From Ostreococcus lucimarinus (taxonomy: Eukaryota): 64,000 nt of DNA. The first letter of the stretch is position 1. Each line of letters starts with the position of its first letter. Location: the NCBI GenBank assembly GCA_000092065.1, contig CP000581.1, one strand, 5' to 3'. The notes under the pieces are model-generated. The model ran no database searches. It was not told where the DNA came from and was given only the letters and a program-made list of their open reading frames with translations. Positions 1-10,122 of this stretch are shown in pieces. The translations under genes were made by a program, and so were the position numbers.

Positions 1-1
1 T

Positions 2-1354
2 ATTCGACAGGGCCAGCTCTTCGGGCGCCAGACTGATGAAAACCTCACAGAGGTGAAGAACAAACTCGCCGAAGTCCAGAGAAAGCTCGTCGCTGTGAAC
101 GAAAAAGTGAGCGAACTCCAGAAGTTGCACAACGCCAAACAAGGCCAGCTCACGGAGTTACAAAGAGAGAAGAATAATTTGAATAGACTACAGCAACAAC
201 CAGAAACGAGGAAGAGGATGATTCAGACGCAGATTGCGCAACACACCGATTTGATGGCTCAAGACAAAGCGGCGGCAGACATTGCGAACATCGAGCGCAA
301 GACTGCGGCTGAAAAGGCAAGCATATCGAAAGAGCGAGTGATGTGCGCGAGTGAGTTGTGCGACGTCGTCCTCTCCAGTCACGAGGCGTCGATCTCGCTC
401 ACGTTGAAGGTTTTGCAGTCGGTCGAAAAGCAAGTGCAGATGACGAAACTGCAAGAGGCGCTGCAGGGTATTGAAGACAGAGTTATCAACACAAAAGCCA
501 AGCGTGACGATCTCAAAGCGCGCTTTCAAGCCGAAACTGAGCGCGCCGCGGCGTTGAAACGAGACGCCCTCGCCGTCACGGGCGACCTCACCGAGGAAAT
601 CAACAAGAAGTTCGAACAATGGCCGATTACTATCGAAGAGCTGGAATTCGACATCTCGCGACTTCAAGAGCAAGCGGATGCGATCTTGTGTCACAATCCA
701 GCGGTTTTGGATGAGTTTAATAAGCGTAAAGCCGAAATGGCGACGCTCACCAAGACGCTCGCGAGCGAAAAAGCCGAGCTTGCGGTGGAACACGCGGCAA
801 TCACCTCGGTGAAGAATGAATGGTTGCCCAAGCTTCGAAAGATTGTGGCGAAAATCAGTGACGACTTCTCGCGGAATTTCGCCAACATCGGGTGTGCCGG
901 ACAGATTTCTCTCGCTGGTGACGGTTCCCGCGAGCACGACGGCTTTGGCGACGATTTTGCGAGCTATGCGCTGGAAATCCGAGTCAAGTTTCGCCCGAAC
1001 GAGGACATGCACTTGCTCGACGCACACCGTCAATCAGGCGGTGAACGTTCGGTGACGACGATGCTGTACATGATCGCGTTGCAAGCGTCCACGAGCGCCC
1101 CTTTCCGAGTCGTTGACGAGATCAATCAAGGTATGGATGCGCGAAACGAGCGCAAAGTGTTCAAGCGCATGGTCGAGGCGGCGAGCGCGCCCGGAACACC
1201 CCAATGTTTCGTCATCACACCCAAACTGCTCACGCAACTGGAGTACAGCGAAGATTGCACTGTGATGTGCATTTTCAACGGTCCGCACGTGCACGAGATG
1301 GCGAAGAAGTGGCGCGAGATGCAAGCCGCCTTTGACTGCGTTCGAGCGCGATAG
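2..1354 (+). CDS. SMC5: SMC5 (structural maintenance of chromosomes 5), C-terminal part; 5' end lies outside the window
   Basis: The frame is open from the window edge. A long coiled-coil is followed by the SMC C-terminal signature/Walker B region 'LDAHRQSGGERSVTTMLYMIALQ...FRVVDEINQGMD', matching the SMC5 tail (human '...PFRVVDEINQGMD'). Confidence 0.8.
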   Translation: MRQGQLFGRQTDENLTEVKNKLAEVQRKLVAVNEKVSELQKLHNAKQGQLTELQREKNNLNRLQQQPETRKRMIQTQIAQHTDLMAQDKAAADIANIERKTAAEKASISKERVMCASELCDVVLSSHEASISLTLKVLQSVEKQVQMTKLQEALQGIEDRVINTKAKRDDLKARFQAETERAAALKRDALAVTGDLTEEINKKFEQWPITIEELEFDISRLQEQADAILCHNPAVLDEFNKRKAEMATLTKTLASEKAELAVEHAAITSVKNEWLPKLRKIVAKISDDFSRNFANIGCAGQISLAGDGSREHDGFGDDFASYALEIRVKFRPNEDMHLLDAHRQSGGERSVTTMLYMIALQASTSAPFRVVDEINQGMDARNERKVFKRMVEAASAPGTPQCFVITPKLLTQLEYSEDCTVMCIFNGPHVHEMAKKWREMQAAFDCVRAR

Positions 1355-1471
1355 CGATAGCAAAGAAACGCGAATTGTGAATTTATACAACCGACAGACA
1401 CTCGCAAGCGCCTCATTCACGCACGACGGTCGTGACGGGCGCCGGTGAATCACGCGCGCACACTCGGCGCC

Positions 1472-2338
1472 ATGAGTCGCGAAGGCGATCCGAACGGCGC
1501 CTCGCGCGCGCCCCTGCGCGCGGTTTTCTTCGACTTTGACGACACACTCGCGGAAACCACCCTGGCCGATCGCGTCGCGTATCGCGAATGCGCGATTCGC
1601 ATGGAGACCGTATACGGGCTGTCGAAAAAGCGACAAGATGAAGTGATCGCTGCGTACAAGCGGCGGCTCGCGGAGCGTCCCTGGAACGACGAGTTTGCGC
1701 ACGTGTGGACGCACCGCGAGCGGCTGTGGGCGGAAGCGTTCGGCGACGACGACAGAGGGCTCGCAATGCGGCACGACGTGAACAGCACATTTAGGGACTG
1801 TCGCTTGGAACAGCTACGTTTAAACAGTTCTGTGTGCGGTGGCATCGAGAAGTTGCGCGCGAAGAATGTGCACGTCGTCATCATCACGAATGGCCACCAC
1901 GTCGTGCAGCGAGAGAAGCTCGCCGCGTGCGGGATATACGAAGTAGTGAAGTTGGAAAACATCCTCGTCGGTGGCGAAGAAGTTCTCGCCGGTCGCGACG
2001 AGAAACCAGAGGCGTCCATCTTTCACGAGGCGTGCAAACGCGTCGACGTGGTACCAGACGAAGTTATGCACGTAGGCGACTCGTGGACCGCCGACATGGT
2101 CGGCGCCGAAAACGCTGGTCTGCGTTGGAGAGTGTGGGTGTCCCAACGTCCCGACGACGAGAAGTGCGAGAGCGAACAGGAACTGTCATCGTCGAAGCGA
2201 GCGAAAAAGGTCGACGCCGTTCCGCGCGTAGAAAACATCAAAGAATTTTTCGAGCTCCTGGACGAGTGGTTGGACGAAGACGGCACGCTGCCCGCATCCA
2301 ACATTCTCTTGAAGACGCGGAGCCGTAGCGAGCGTTAG
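1472..2338 (+). CDS. HAD-superfamily hydrolase (DxDxT motif 'FFDFDDTLAET')
   Basis: HAD motif I (DFDDT) lies near the N-terminus; the first ATG is at 1472 (the track start at 1445 is GTG). The C-terminus is acidic. Confidence 0.6.
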   Translation: MSREGDPNGASRAPLRAVFFDFDDTLAETTLADRVAYRECAIRMETVYGLSKKRQDEVIAAYKRRLAERPWNDEFAHVWTHRERLWAEAFGDDDRGLAMRHDVNSTFRDCRLEQLRLNSSVCGGIEKLRAKNVHVVIITNGHHVVQREKLAACGIYEVVKLENILVGGEEVLAGRDEKPEASIFHEACKRVDVVPDEVMHVGDSWTADMVGAENAGLRWRVWVSQRPDDEKCESEQELSSSKRAKKVDAVPRVENIKEFFELLDEWLDEDGTLPASNILLKTRSRSER

Positions 2339-2485
2339 CGAACGTGTTGAATAGAAGTGTAGAGGTAAATTAGAGCGAAGTGTGTTGTGTCGTTCTTTCG
2401 ATTCGATCTGATTCGATTACTACAGCGCTAAAGATTAAGTTTATAGTGTACAGAGCGTATCCTACGTCGGCGACTCAACCGTCGC

Positions 2486-2803
<318 letters not shown>

Positions 2804-2932
2804 TTATGAAATACGACGAGTCGATTTGTGACGACGCGCGCGCGCGTCGAGGCGCACAAACGCGAGTTCGCGTGAGTCGTTTTTCAGATCGCGGTCGGTC
2901 GGATTTCACACTGTTTACGCATATGGAAGTGA

Positions 2933-3044
<112 letters not shown>

Positions 3045-3367
3045 CGTTTTTCAAACGCTCCGCGGAATCAAACTCAAAATCAAAAAACCAAAAACAACAA
3101 ACAATTGGTGTTCATTTCAACACCACCACTCCAAGAAAGATTCTCAACACTAAATCCAAACACTCCACTCGCGCGTCGCTTCGACGACGACCTCGTCGTC
3201 GCTCACTTTCGCGCGTGAATCGCCGTTGCAATTCGCTCGTATGCGTAAGCAGTACGACGCCTAATAATTAGGCGAATTAGGCCCTAATTCGGGACGTACG
3301 CTGACGTGGCAACGCGTACTGGCGTAATCGTTACACGGTGACGGCGACGACGGCGACGACGGCGACG

Positions 3368-4459
3368 ATGCCGTGCGGAACGAACGCGAATGATTTAACT
3401 CGAGATAAATTCTCGAGCGTGCGAAAGAACCAAGAGACGGCGACCAGGTTCGGTGTGTTTTTGTCCACGATCGTCGTGCCGATTCTGCTCTTGTTGTACT
3501 CGGCGCTTTGGTTCACGCAATTTTACGTCGGACTCGGCCCGGATTCGCCGCCGCTGAATAAGGTGATCACCACGGAGCAGTTGCAGTACGGCCAAAAGAT
3601 CTTCCCGCTGGCGCTGACGTGTAATCACCGGGATGGATGTTACTTTCGGTTGACGGGGGCGGACGCGTGCGCGTCGGGCACGGTGGCGGGCGGCGCCGGG
3701 CCGAACAATGGATTCTGCTCTGATCCGACCTTACTACCCGTCGCCAGTGGTGGAGCATCTACGCCTGCGTCGTGCGGCGTGGGTAGCCAGTGTAACACCG
3801 CCGCAGCGGCGAACGCGTGCGGCACGGCCAACGGGCCGTGCTGTCGAAAGGCCACCTGCGACACCGAACTCTCCTCCGCGCAAGGCGTGTGCGCGTTCTC
3901 GCCGCCGGGCGCCGATCCCACCGACGCGCTCACCGTAGCGTGGGCGTATAAGTCTGGATGCTCTGGTGCGTGTAATTTCGGCGTCACACTCGTCACCGAT
4001 TACATCGATTCCAACGGCGATGTTGCGCAAAAGGAAGTCAAGGTGCATCGAGGCATCGCGTTGATGAATCTCATCGAGCACGACGATCCGAAAATGTCCT
4101 GGTCCAAGAGTCATCCCAATTATGCCGCCAATAAGAAAAAAACCACCATGTACGAGTGGTCGATCACAATGGTGGACGTCGAAGGTACCGTCGACGCCGT
4201 CTCAAACCTCTGCATGAACCAGATGCGCGCCGACAATCTCGTGACGTCGGGGGGAACAGTCTACGCTCGACGCGTAAAGCTCGTTCCGGCTGCAACGTAC
4301 ACGAAAATGTCAACGGCGTATCCGAGTCCGGGATTGGCGTACTTATCAGCCATCGGGGGTATCTCCAGCACCATCATGGCCGTCCTCGCGTACGTCCACG
4401 CGTTCCATCTCAAGTTTTTAAATCGCGCGGCGTCGTCCGCGCCTCAAGCAGCGCCTTAA
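3368..4459 (+). CDS. Hypothetical Cys-rich membrane protein (N-terminal signal-anchor, Cys/Gly/Ala-rich ectodomain, C-terminal TM helix)
   Basis: Hydrophobic segment 'FGVFLSTIVVPILLLLYSALWF' near the N-terminus, many Cys in the middle region, and a C-terminal hydrophobic helix 'GLAYLSAIGGISSTIMAVLAYVHAF'. No family recognised. ATG at 3368 (the track start is GTG). Confidence 0.4.
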   Translation: MPCGTNANDLTRDKFSSVRKNQETATRFGVFLSTIVVPILLLLYSALWFTQFYVGLGPDSPPLNKVITTEQLQYGQKIFPLALTCNHRDGCYFRLTGADACASGTVAGGAGPNNGFCSDPTLLPVASGGASTPASCGVGSQCNTAAAANACGTANGPCCRKATCDTELSSAQGVCAFSPPGADPTDALTVAWAYKSGCSGACNFGVTLVTDYIDSNGDVAQKEVKVHRGIALMNLIEHDDPKMSWSKSHPNYAANKKKTTMYEWSITMVDVEGTVDAVSNLCMNQMRADNLVTSGGTVYARRVKLVPAATYTKMSTAYPSPGLAYLSAIGGISSTIMAVLAYVHAFHLKFLNRAASSAPQAAP

Positions 4460-4768
4460 AGCAGTCACGCGTTGACGTCGTGCATCATCGCGTTGTTTAT
4501 AATATATCTGGACGATGTGGCCGCTCGGGTCGTCCAGCATTTACTCGTTTCGTCGCCACCCGACGCGAGCGTTGTTAACTTTCGTCGCGCGCGACCCATA
4601 ACATTGCCGCGACGAAACGTTCGAAACGGGGTGCCCGTCCTTAGCCCGACGAAGGACAACGTCATGGTGTTAACGAACCGCGTCAACGAATTTTTTGCCG
4701 CGCGTGCCCGTGCGACCTCGTGACGACGAACTCGCACTCGTTCGTTCGTCGTCGACCGTCGACACACC

Positions 4769-6478
4769 ATGATGACCTCGGTTCGCGACACGGCGGCGAC
4801 GACGCGACGGCTCGCGTCGTCTTTTTCGACCACCGACGTCGCGGACGCGATCAAAACGCTCGTCGCGCGCGAGGACGCGGACGAAGAGGAGGATTTCGGG
4901 TCAATCGCGGATGTCGGTTCATCTCGCTGGCGACGACGACGACTCGCGATACATCGCCTGCGCGCGCGCGCGTTCGAGGATGCGCGCGATGAGGAGGAGC
5001 ATGGAAACGGCGATGACTCGATTCGTCGTCCGTCGACGGCGACGGCGTTGGTGCGGTCGAGCGAGCTCATGGAGACGCTCGTGGTGGAGCTCGCGCGAGC
5101 GGAGACGTGGCGGGACGAGTGCGCGCCGAGGATGCGAGCGATGTCAACGCCGAGTTCGATGACGACGACGTCTTATGCGATTTATCTTGTGCGTTATCAC
5201 GAATCCGTGGTGTGTAATTTGTTCGAGCTCGTGTTGAGTGGGTGCTCGACTTCGGCGTTGGACGAAGTCGAGGACGACGTCGCGGCGGAGCTCGCGGATT
5301 ATTGCTTGAGACGCATCGTTTGGCTATCTGCGCGCGAGGGAGGCGAAAAGAGCGATGATGATGACGATAGTGCCTCGACGACGCCAGATTTTACGCTCTC
5401 CATGTCCGCGTTGGCCATCGCTCGATGTCTCGCGGCGTCGCCACGGCTATTGGGTCAAACGAGGCGGGACGCGCTTGCCGAGGCGCTGGCGCCACTTCTC
5501 GACTCCAAGCCTTGGATTCAGCGAGAGCGGCACAACTCGAGCATTATCAAAGTCTACGTTGACGGTTCGTGGACGGAGGATATCTCCGAGTGGGACGCCA
5601 ACACGCGAGTGCAGAAATGCGAGGCGCAGGTGTGGTTGGCGCTTCGTTCGCTCCTGTGCGACCCCGCGTTTGCGTGGGATGAAACCCGCAAGTCTTTGGC
5701 AGCGCGCGTGCGCAAACACTTGAACGAGTCGACGATTGATCAGATTCCCGTGTTGCGGGATTTAAAGCACGTGCTCGACGAAGTCATGGTGCGAAATTTG
5801 GACGGCGTCCACGTTGCGTCTCGCTTGGCCATCGAAATCGTTCCCAAGTATCGGCGCGCGCTAACGCAAAACGGATCGGCTGAGTACTACGAAAGCGTCG
5901 CGGCCATTATGCTTCGCGAACGATTCGATGCGATTTTCATGGCGTCCATCGCAGAAGACATCTTGTCCACGTGTGAGATGACGACGGACGTTGCGGCGAA
6001 GACGACGTCGGCGGCGCCTTCGTCTTCGAGCGGCGACGAAGCGCCGGTGAAGATTGACATCTTACGCGAACGCAAAACCCTCGACAGCGCTTCGACGTCG
6101 TTCGACACCGTCCACGTATTCGAGTACGACTTCGCCAAAGATCGCGCACCGAACGAAGTACGCGCGAAAACTTCGCACACTCGAGGCTTGCGCCGCGCGC
6201 TCGCCAGCCGCTCGTCAAACGACGGTGCCGAAGTCGAGTTACCGTGCGCATTCGACGGTAAGATCCGCGTCAATTTCGACGCCCGCACGATCACCGCCCC
6301 CCTCACGCTTCGTCGAAGCGCGACGACTGAAGACAAACCGTCGGTATGGATCACCGTCGGCGCGCTCGCCGTCGACGGCTTCGCCGCGCAGCTCCGGCTC
6401 GATCGCTCTCCTCGCGGCGGCGACGCCTACGTCGTTCGCGACGTCCATCTCACCATCGCCGTCACCGCCGCGTCGTGA
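4769..6478 (+). CDS. Hypothetical acidic protein, no family recognised
   Basis: A 569-aa ORF of non-repetitive, well-mixed composition ('LVRYHESVVCNLFELVLSGC...', 'KCEAQVWLALRSLLCDPAFAWDETRK'). It looks like a real protein rather than a GC-rich antisense artefact. Confidence 0.45.
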   Translation: MMTSVRDTAATTRRLASSFSTTDVADAIKTLVAREDADEEEDFGSIADVGSSRWRRRRLAIHRLRARAFEDARDEEEHGNGDDSIRRPSTATALVRSSELMETLVVELARAETWRDECAPRMRAMSTPSSMTTTSYAIYLVRYHESVVCNLFELVLSGCSTSALDEVEDDVAAELADYCLRRIVWLSAREGGEKSDDDDDSASTTPDFTLSMSALAIARCLAASPRLLGQTRRDALAEALAPLLDSKPWIQRERHNSSIIKVYVDGSWTEDISEWDANTRVQKCEAQVWLALRSLLCDPAFAWDETRKSLAARVRKHLNESTIDQIPVLRDLKHVLDEVMVRNLDGVHVASRLAIEIVPKYRRALTQNGSAEYYESVAAIMLRERFDAIFMASIAEDILSTCEMTTDVAAKTTSAAPSSSSGDEAPVKIDILRERKTLDSASTSFDTVHVFEYDFAKDRAPNEVRAKTSHTRGLRRALASRSSNDGAEVELPCAFDGKIRVNFDARTITAPLTLRRSATTEDKPSVWITVGALAVDGFAAQLRLDRSPRGGDAYVVRDVHLTIAVTAAS

Positions 6479-6661
6479 TCACCGCGCATCGCGTCCTCAT
6501 TTATCGATTCTTTTAATCACACGCGCCCCCCGCGCCGCGTCTCGCGTCTTTCCGCGTCATTCGTTCGTCGCGTTCGCGCTCGCGGCTCGCCGCCGACCCG
6601 ACGACCCTCCAGCGCGCGCGTCCCTCACACTCCACCTCGCGTTCGAAGCTTCAGCCTCGCG

Positions 6662-7351
6662 ATGCCGTCCAAGCGCGCGAACGCGCGACGCGCGGTCACC
6701 ACCATCGCCGCGTCCATCGCCATCGCCGGTCTCGTCGCGTGCGCGGACGCCAAGCCGAGCAAACCGATCGCGCGCGCGGTGAAATCTGACGTCAAGTTCA
6801 TCAAGTGTGAAGTGTGCGAACACCTCGCGGACGCCGTGACGCAGGAGTACGCCGCGCTGCGCGAGGAAACGCCGGAGAAGAAACTCACGGAGACGATGGT
6901 GATCGAAAAGATTGAAAAAATGTGCGACCCGAGCGCGAAGGAGGGCGATTGGATCATCACGAAGGACTTGCAAGAGAAGGGCTCGAGGTTGCGCGTGGTG
7001 GACATGGGTAAAGAAAACTACGGAGAGTGCGGAAAGGAGTGTAAGACGATCGTGAAGGCGTGTGAGGACATTCTTGGACCGCGGGATACGGACGTGGGTG
7101 AGTTTTTGTACACGTCGAACGCGGGCGACTTGAGAGGGGCGCTGCGCGAGTGGTTGTGCGAGGAGGAGACAAACTCGTGCGGAGGCAAGATACCGCCGTT
7201 GCCGAGCGATCGGCCGAAGGGAGAGAAGTTCAAGAAGAGAGACAAGAAGGATGTCGAAATGGAGCGATTGATGGCGGGAATGAAGGGTATGCCGGGCATG
7301 GGCGGCGCGCAAATGTTCAGCCGCGATCAGATGATGGGCGGCATGGGCATG

Positions 7352-7382
<31 letters not shown>

Positions 7383-7597
7383 AGTCCCCGTTCGCTGGTG
7401 CGTTCGACAGCGGCGAGTCCAAAGGGGCTGTCGCCAACGTGGCCGAAAAACTGGGCGATTTGAAGGATAAGGCTGCGTCCACGGCGAAGAACGCATGGAA
7501 CAAGGCCAAGGGCTTCTTGTCCCGCTCTTCGCGCGCTGAGGACGAGGATTTCACCGACGATTTCACCGCCGAAGAGCTCGCTCGTGAAGAACTTTGA
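6662..7597 (+). CDS. Secreted protein with N-terminal signal peptide, a saposin-like six-Cys module, a Met/Gly-rich stretch and a poly-Asp run
   Basis: 'MPSKRANARRAVTTIAASIAIAGLVACADA' is a signal peptide. The Cys spacing in 'CEVCEHLADAV...KMCDP...CGKECKTIVKACEDIL' resembles a saposin B-like fold (not confirmable here). A (GAC)9 repeat encodes DDDDDDDDD. Confidence 0.45.
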
Positions 7598-7675
7598 TGA
7601 CACACGCTTAATATTACATCACGAACTATTTTTTATGCTATTTCGTTTCGTCTCGATGCGCTGCATAATGAGAGA

Positions 7676-9682
7676 TTACGCGTCGGAATCGTCATCGGAA
7701 CCACTTTCGTTGTCGGAATCGGCGGCATCCAAATCTTGCTTGTACATGAGCGCTTCGTTCTCTGGGCGCGGCGGTGCCACAGAGAGTTCTTTCACCTCTT
7801 GTGGCTTGGTGCATGAACGCAAGTCACCGTTACCGAGCTGTCCCCAGTCGCCGCGTCCCCACAAGTACAAGCTACTTTCGCCCTTTTCCGCGCTCTCCAC
7901 GACGGCTCCGGTGTGGTTGTGACCGGCGGAGACGGTGGTGACTGTCTTCCCACGCAACGCTTCGACGCGAGTGAAGACGTAGGTTGAGGTTTTGTCGCCG
8001 TGTCCGAGCTGACCGTACGAGTTTTCACCCGTCGTAAAGACGCCGCCGCACGAAGTGAGTACGCACGAGTGCGTCGCGCCCGCGGCGGCGACGGCGACTC
8101 GACATCGTGTACCACACGAGCACTTCTGCACGCGATTTTCCATAATAGAACCATCGGCTCGACGAACAAAGTGGTGAATGTTCACCGCGTCGGGTGATAA
8201 TCGATTCGCGCAGACCTTACGCTCTTTCGGATGAGGCCATCCGCCGGTGTACGTGGATCTACCGACACCCAGCGCGCCGTGCTTTCCGCGACCGCAAACG
8301 TACATGCGGCCGCCAGTGGTGACAAAGATGGAATGCGCGCCGCCGGCGGACATGCTCGCCACGGGTTCATCCATGTCGTTGAGCGATTCAACGAGACATG
8401 GCCACGGTACGCCGTTGTTCCATCCAGCCGCGGCGGCAAACGTGAGATCGCCCAAACCAAGCTGTCCGTATCTGCAATCACCCCACGACCAAACGTTACC
8501 GTCGGAAGTGATGCAAATGCTATGCGCACCACCTGCAACTGCGCTTACCACGCGCATCCCGCGTAAGGCTGCGATGCGAGCGAACGGCGCGCCGTCGCGA
8601 AAAGTTCCGAGACCGAGTTGCCCCGAACGTCCACGGCCGCATGCAAACAAACGACCCGCGCGATCGACGGCGAGCGTGTGGTTGAACCCAGTGGCGATTT
8701 GCGTGATCTTGTCTTCAGCGCTACGCACTGTGACAAAACGCGGCACGTTTACCTCGATCGGAGTCGTTCCAACATGCCCGAGCTCGCCCGAGCTCGCGAG
8801 CCCCCACGTGACGATTGTGCCATCTCTGGACAGCACCACGTTGTGCGAGCCGCCGAGAGAGATGGAGTCGACGCCTTTGAAATCGTTCCTCGAGTCCAAG
8901 AAAAAGCCTTCTACCCGACCGATATCCAAGGCTTTATCGTTCAGATTCAATTGCGTTGGCACCGCGCGCGTTTCGAACGAACCGTCGCCAATTTGCCCGT
9001 GGAAACCGCGCCCGAAGGTTGAAACCACCATCCCGGTGGTGTCGCTCTCGTTCCCGGTCACGCACGCGGTGTGAAACTGCCCCAGCGACACGTTCCCAGC
9101 CGCGCGTTCCGCGCGTTCGCTGAACGTACAGTGATGCCAAGCTTTTAGATACGAATCCCGTTTCGTGAGCATCAACGCCGTCGCGCGCGGCACGAACTCC
9201 ATCCTCGCCCCCGCCACGCGTTCCACGATTCCGCTCGCGTTAAAATACGTGCACGTCGACGCCACGCGCGCCAAGTCCTTCACGTCAAGATTCAACAGCA
9301 CGAGCTCCAACACTTCCGTTGGCAATTTTCCCAAATTCCCAATCTCCCACTCCCCCCCCGTCGCCCGTCGTCGCTTCGCGTTTCGTTCCGTCGAAGCGAC
9401 GCCCTGAAACCCCTCCCGCGCGCTCGTCATCGAGCTCAACCGTCGTTTCTCGTTCGGCGTCGGCGACATCTGGTACCTCACCGCGCTCATCGCCGTTGCC
9501 GTTTGTTCTGCATCGCGAGCGCGCGTCGTCAGTCGTTCATCGCCTCGCATCGATTCTCGTCTCCCGTCGTCGCGTCTTCGCGTCTTCGCGTCTTCGCGCA
9601 CCGTGTCCATCCGTCGCCTTCCGTTCCCCCCCCGCGCCCTGAACGCTCCCTCGGCGACGTCCATCGACGCTCTCGCTTCCAT
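7676..9682 (-). CDS. F-box / RCC1-repeat (regulator of chromosome condensation-like) protein
   Basis: F-box-like 'LPTEVLELVLLNLDVKDLARVASTCTYF' is followed by at least 6 RCC1 blades with 'GxxGQLGHG/GQLGLG' signatures and an acidic Ser/Asp C-terminal tail. ATG verified at 9682. Confidence 0.75.
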   Translation of the reverse strand: MEARASMDVAEGAFRARGGNGRRRMDTVREDAKTRRRDDGRRESMRGDERLTTRARDAEQTATAMSAVRYQMSPTPNEKRRLSSMTSAREGFQGVASTERNAKRRRATGGEWEIGNLGKLPTEVLELVLLNLDVKDLARVASTCTYFNASGIVERVAGARMEFVPRATALMLTKRDSYLKAWHHCTFSERAERAAGNVSLGQFHTACVTGNESDTTGMVVSTFGRGFHGQIGDGSFETRAVPTQLNLNDKALDIGRVEGFFLDSRNDFKGVDSISLGGSHNVVLSRDGTIVTWGLASSGELGHVGTTPIEVNVPRFVTVRSAEDKITQIATGFNHTLAVDRAGRLFACGRGRSGQLGLGTFRDGAPFARIAALRGMRVVSAVAGGAHSICITSDGNVWSWGDCRYGQLGLGDLTFAAAAGWNNGVPWPCLVESLNDMDEPVASMSAGGAHSIFVTTGGRMYVCGRGKHGALGVGRSTYTGGWPHPKERKVCANRLSPDAVNIHHFVRRADGSIMENRVQKCSCGTRCRVAVAAAGATHSCVLTSCGGVFTTGENSYGQLGHGDKTSTYVFTRVEALRGKTVTTVSAGHNHTGAVVESAEKGESSLYLWGRGDWGQLGNGDLRSCTKPQEVKELSVAPPRPENEALMYKQDLDAADSDNESGSDDDSDA

Positions 9683-10122
9683 CGCCTCGATCGATCGCGC
9701 CGTACGCGCACGTCGTCGTCGTCGTCGCGCGCGTTTGTCCCTGCCATCGCGTCGCCGTCGCGCGACGTTCCCCCGCGGCGTCGTCGGGCGCGAGCGACGC
9801 GCGCGCGGAGGACATGCGCGCCGTCGGCGACGGCTACGAACCGCGCGTCGTTCGCTCGACGCGATCGACGCGATCGACGCGCGCGACGCGCGACCGACGA
9901 CGGACGGGCGTCGCGGAATGACGCAACGGTCGCGGGGGGGAACGCGAACGGACCATTTTTAGGGAGAACGAGGAGAAGGAGCGAACGAGGCGCGCGCGAC
10001 GCGGGCGACGCGGGACGACGCGGGAGTGGTGGTGCGATCATGTTGAAGCTAAATATGTCTGGGATCGTTAAAGCATCGATGCGCGCGCTCGGGAAGAGCG
10101 CGCGGGAACGAACGCGCGACGA

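Noticed and set aside
8247-9074. A 275-aa plus-strand ORF inside the RCC1 gene region
   Set aside because: It is antisense to the well-supported RCC1-repeat gene and has low-complexity Pro/Ser-rich content.
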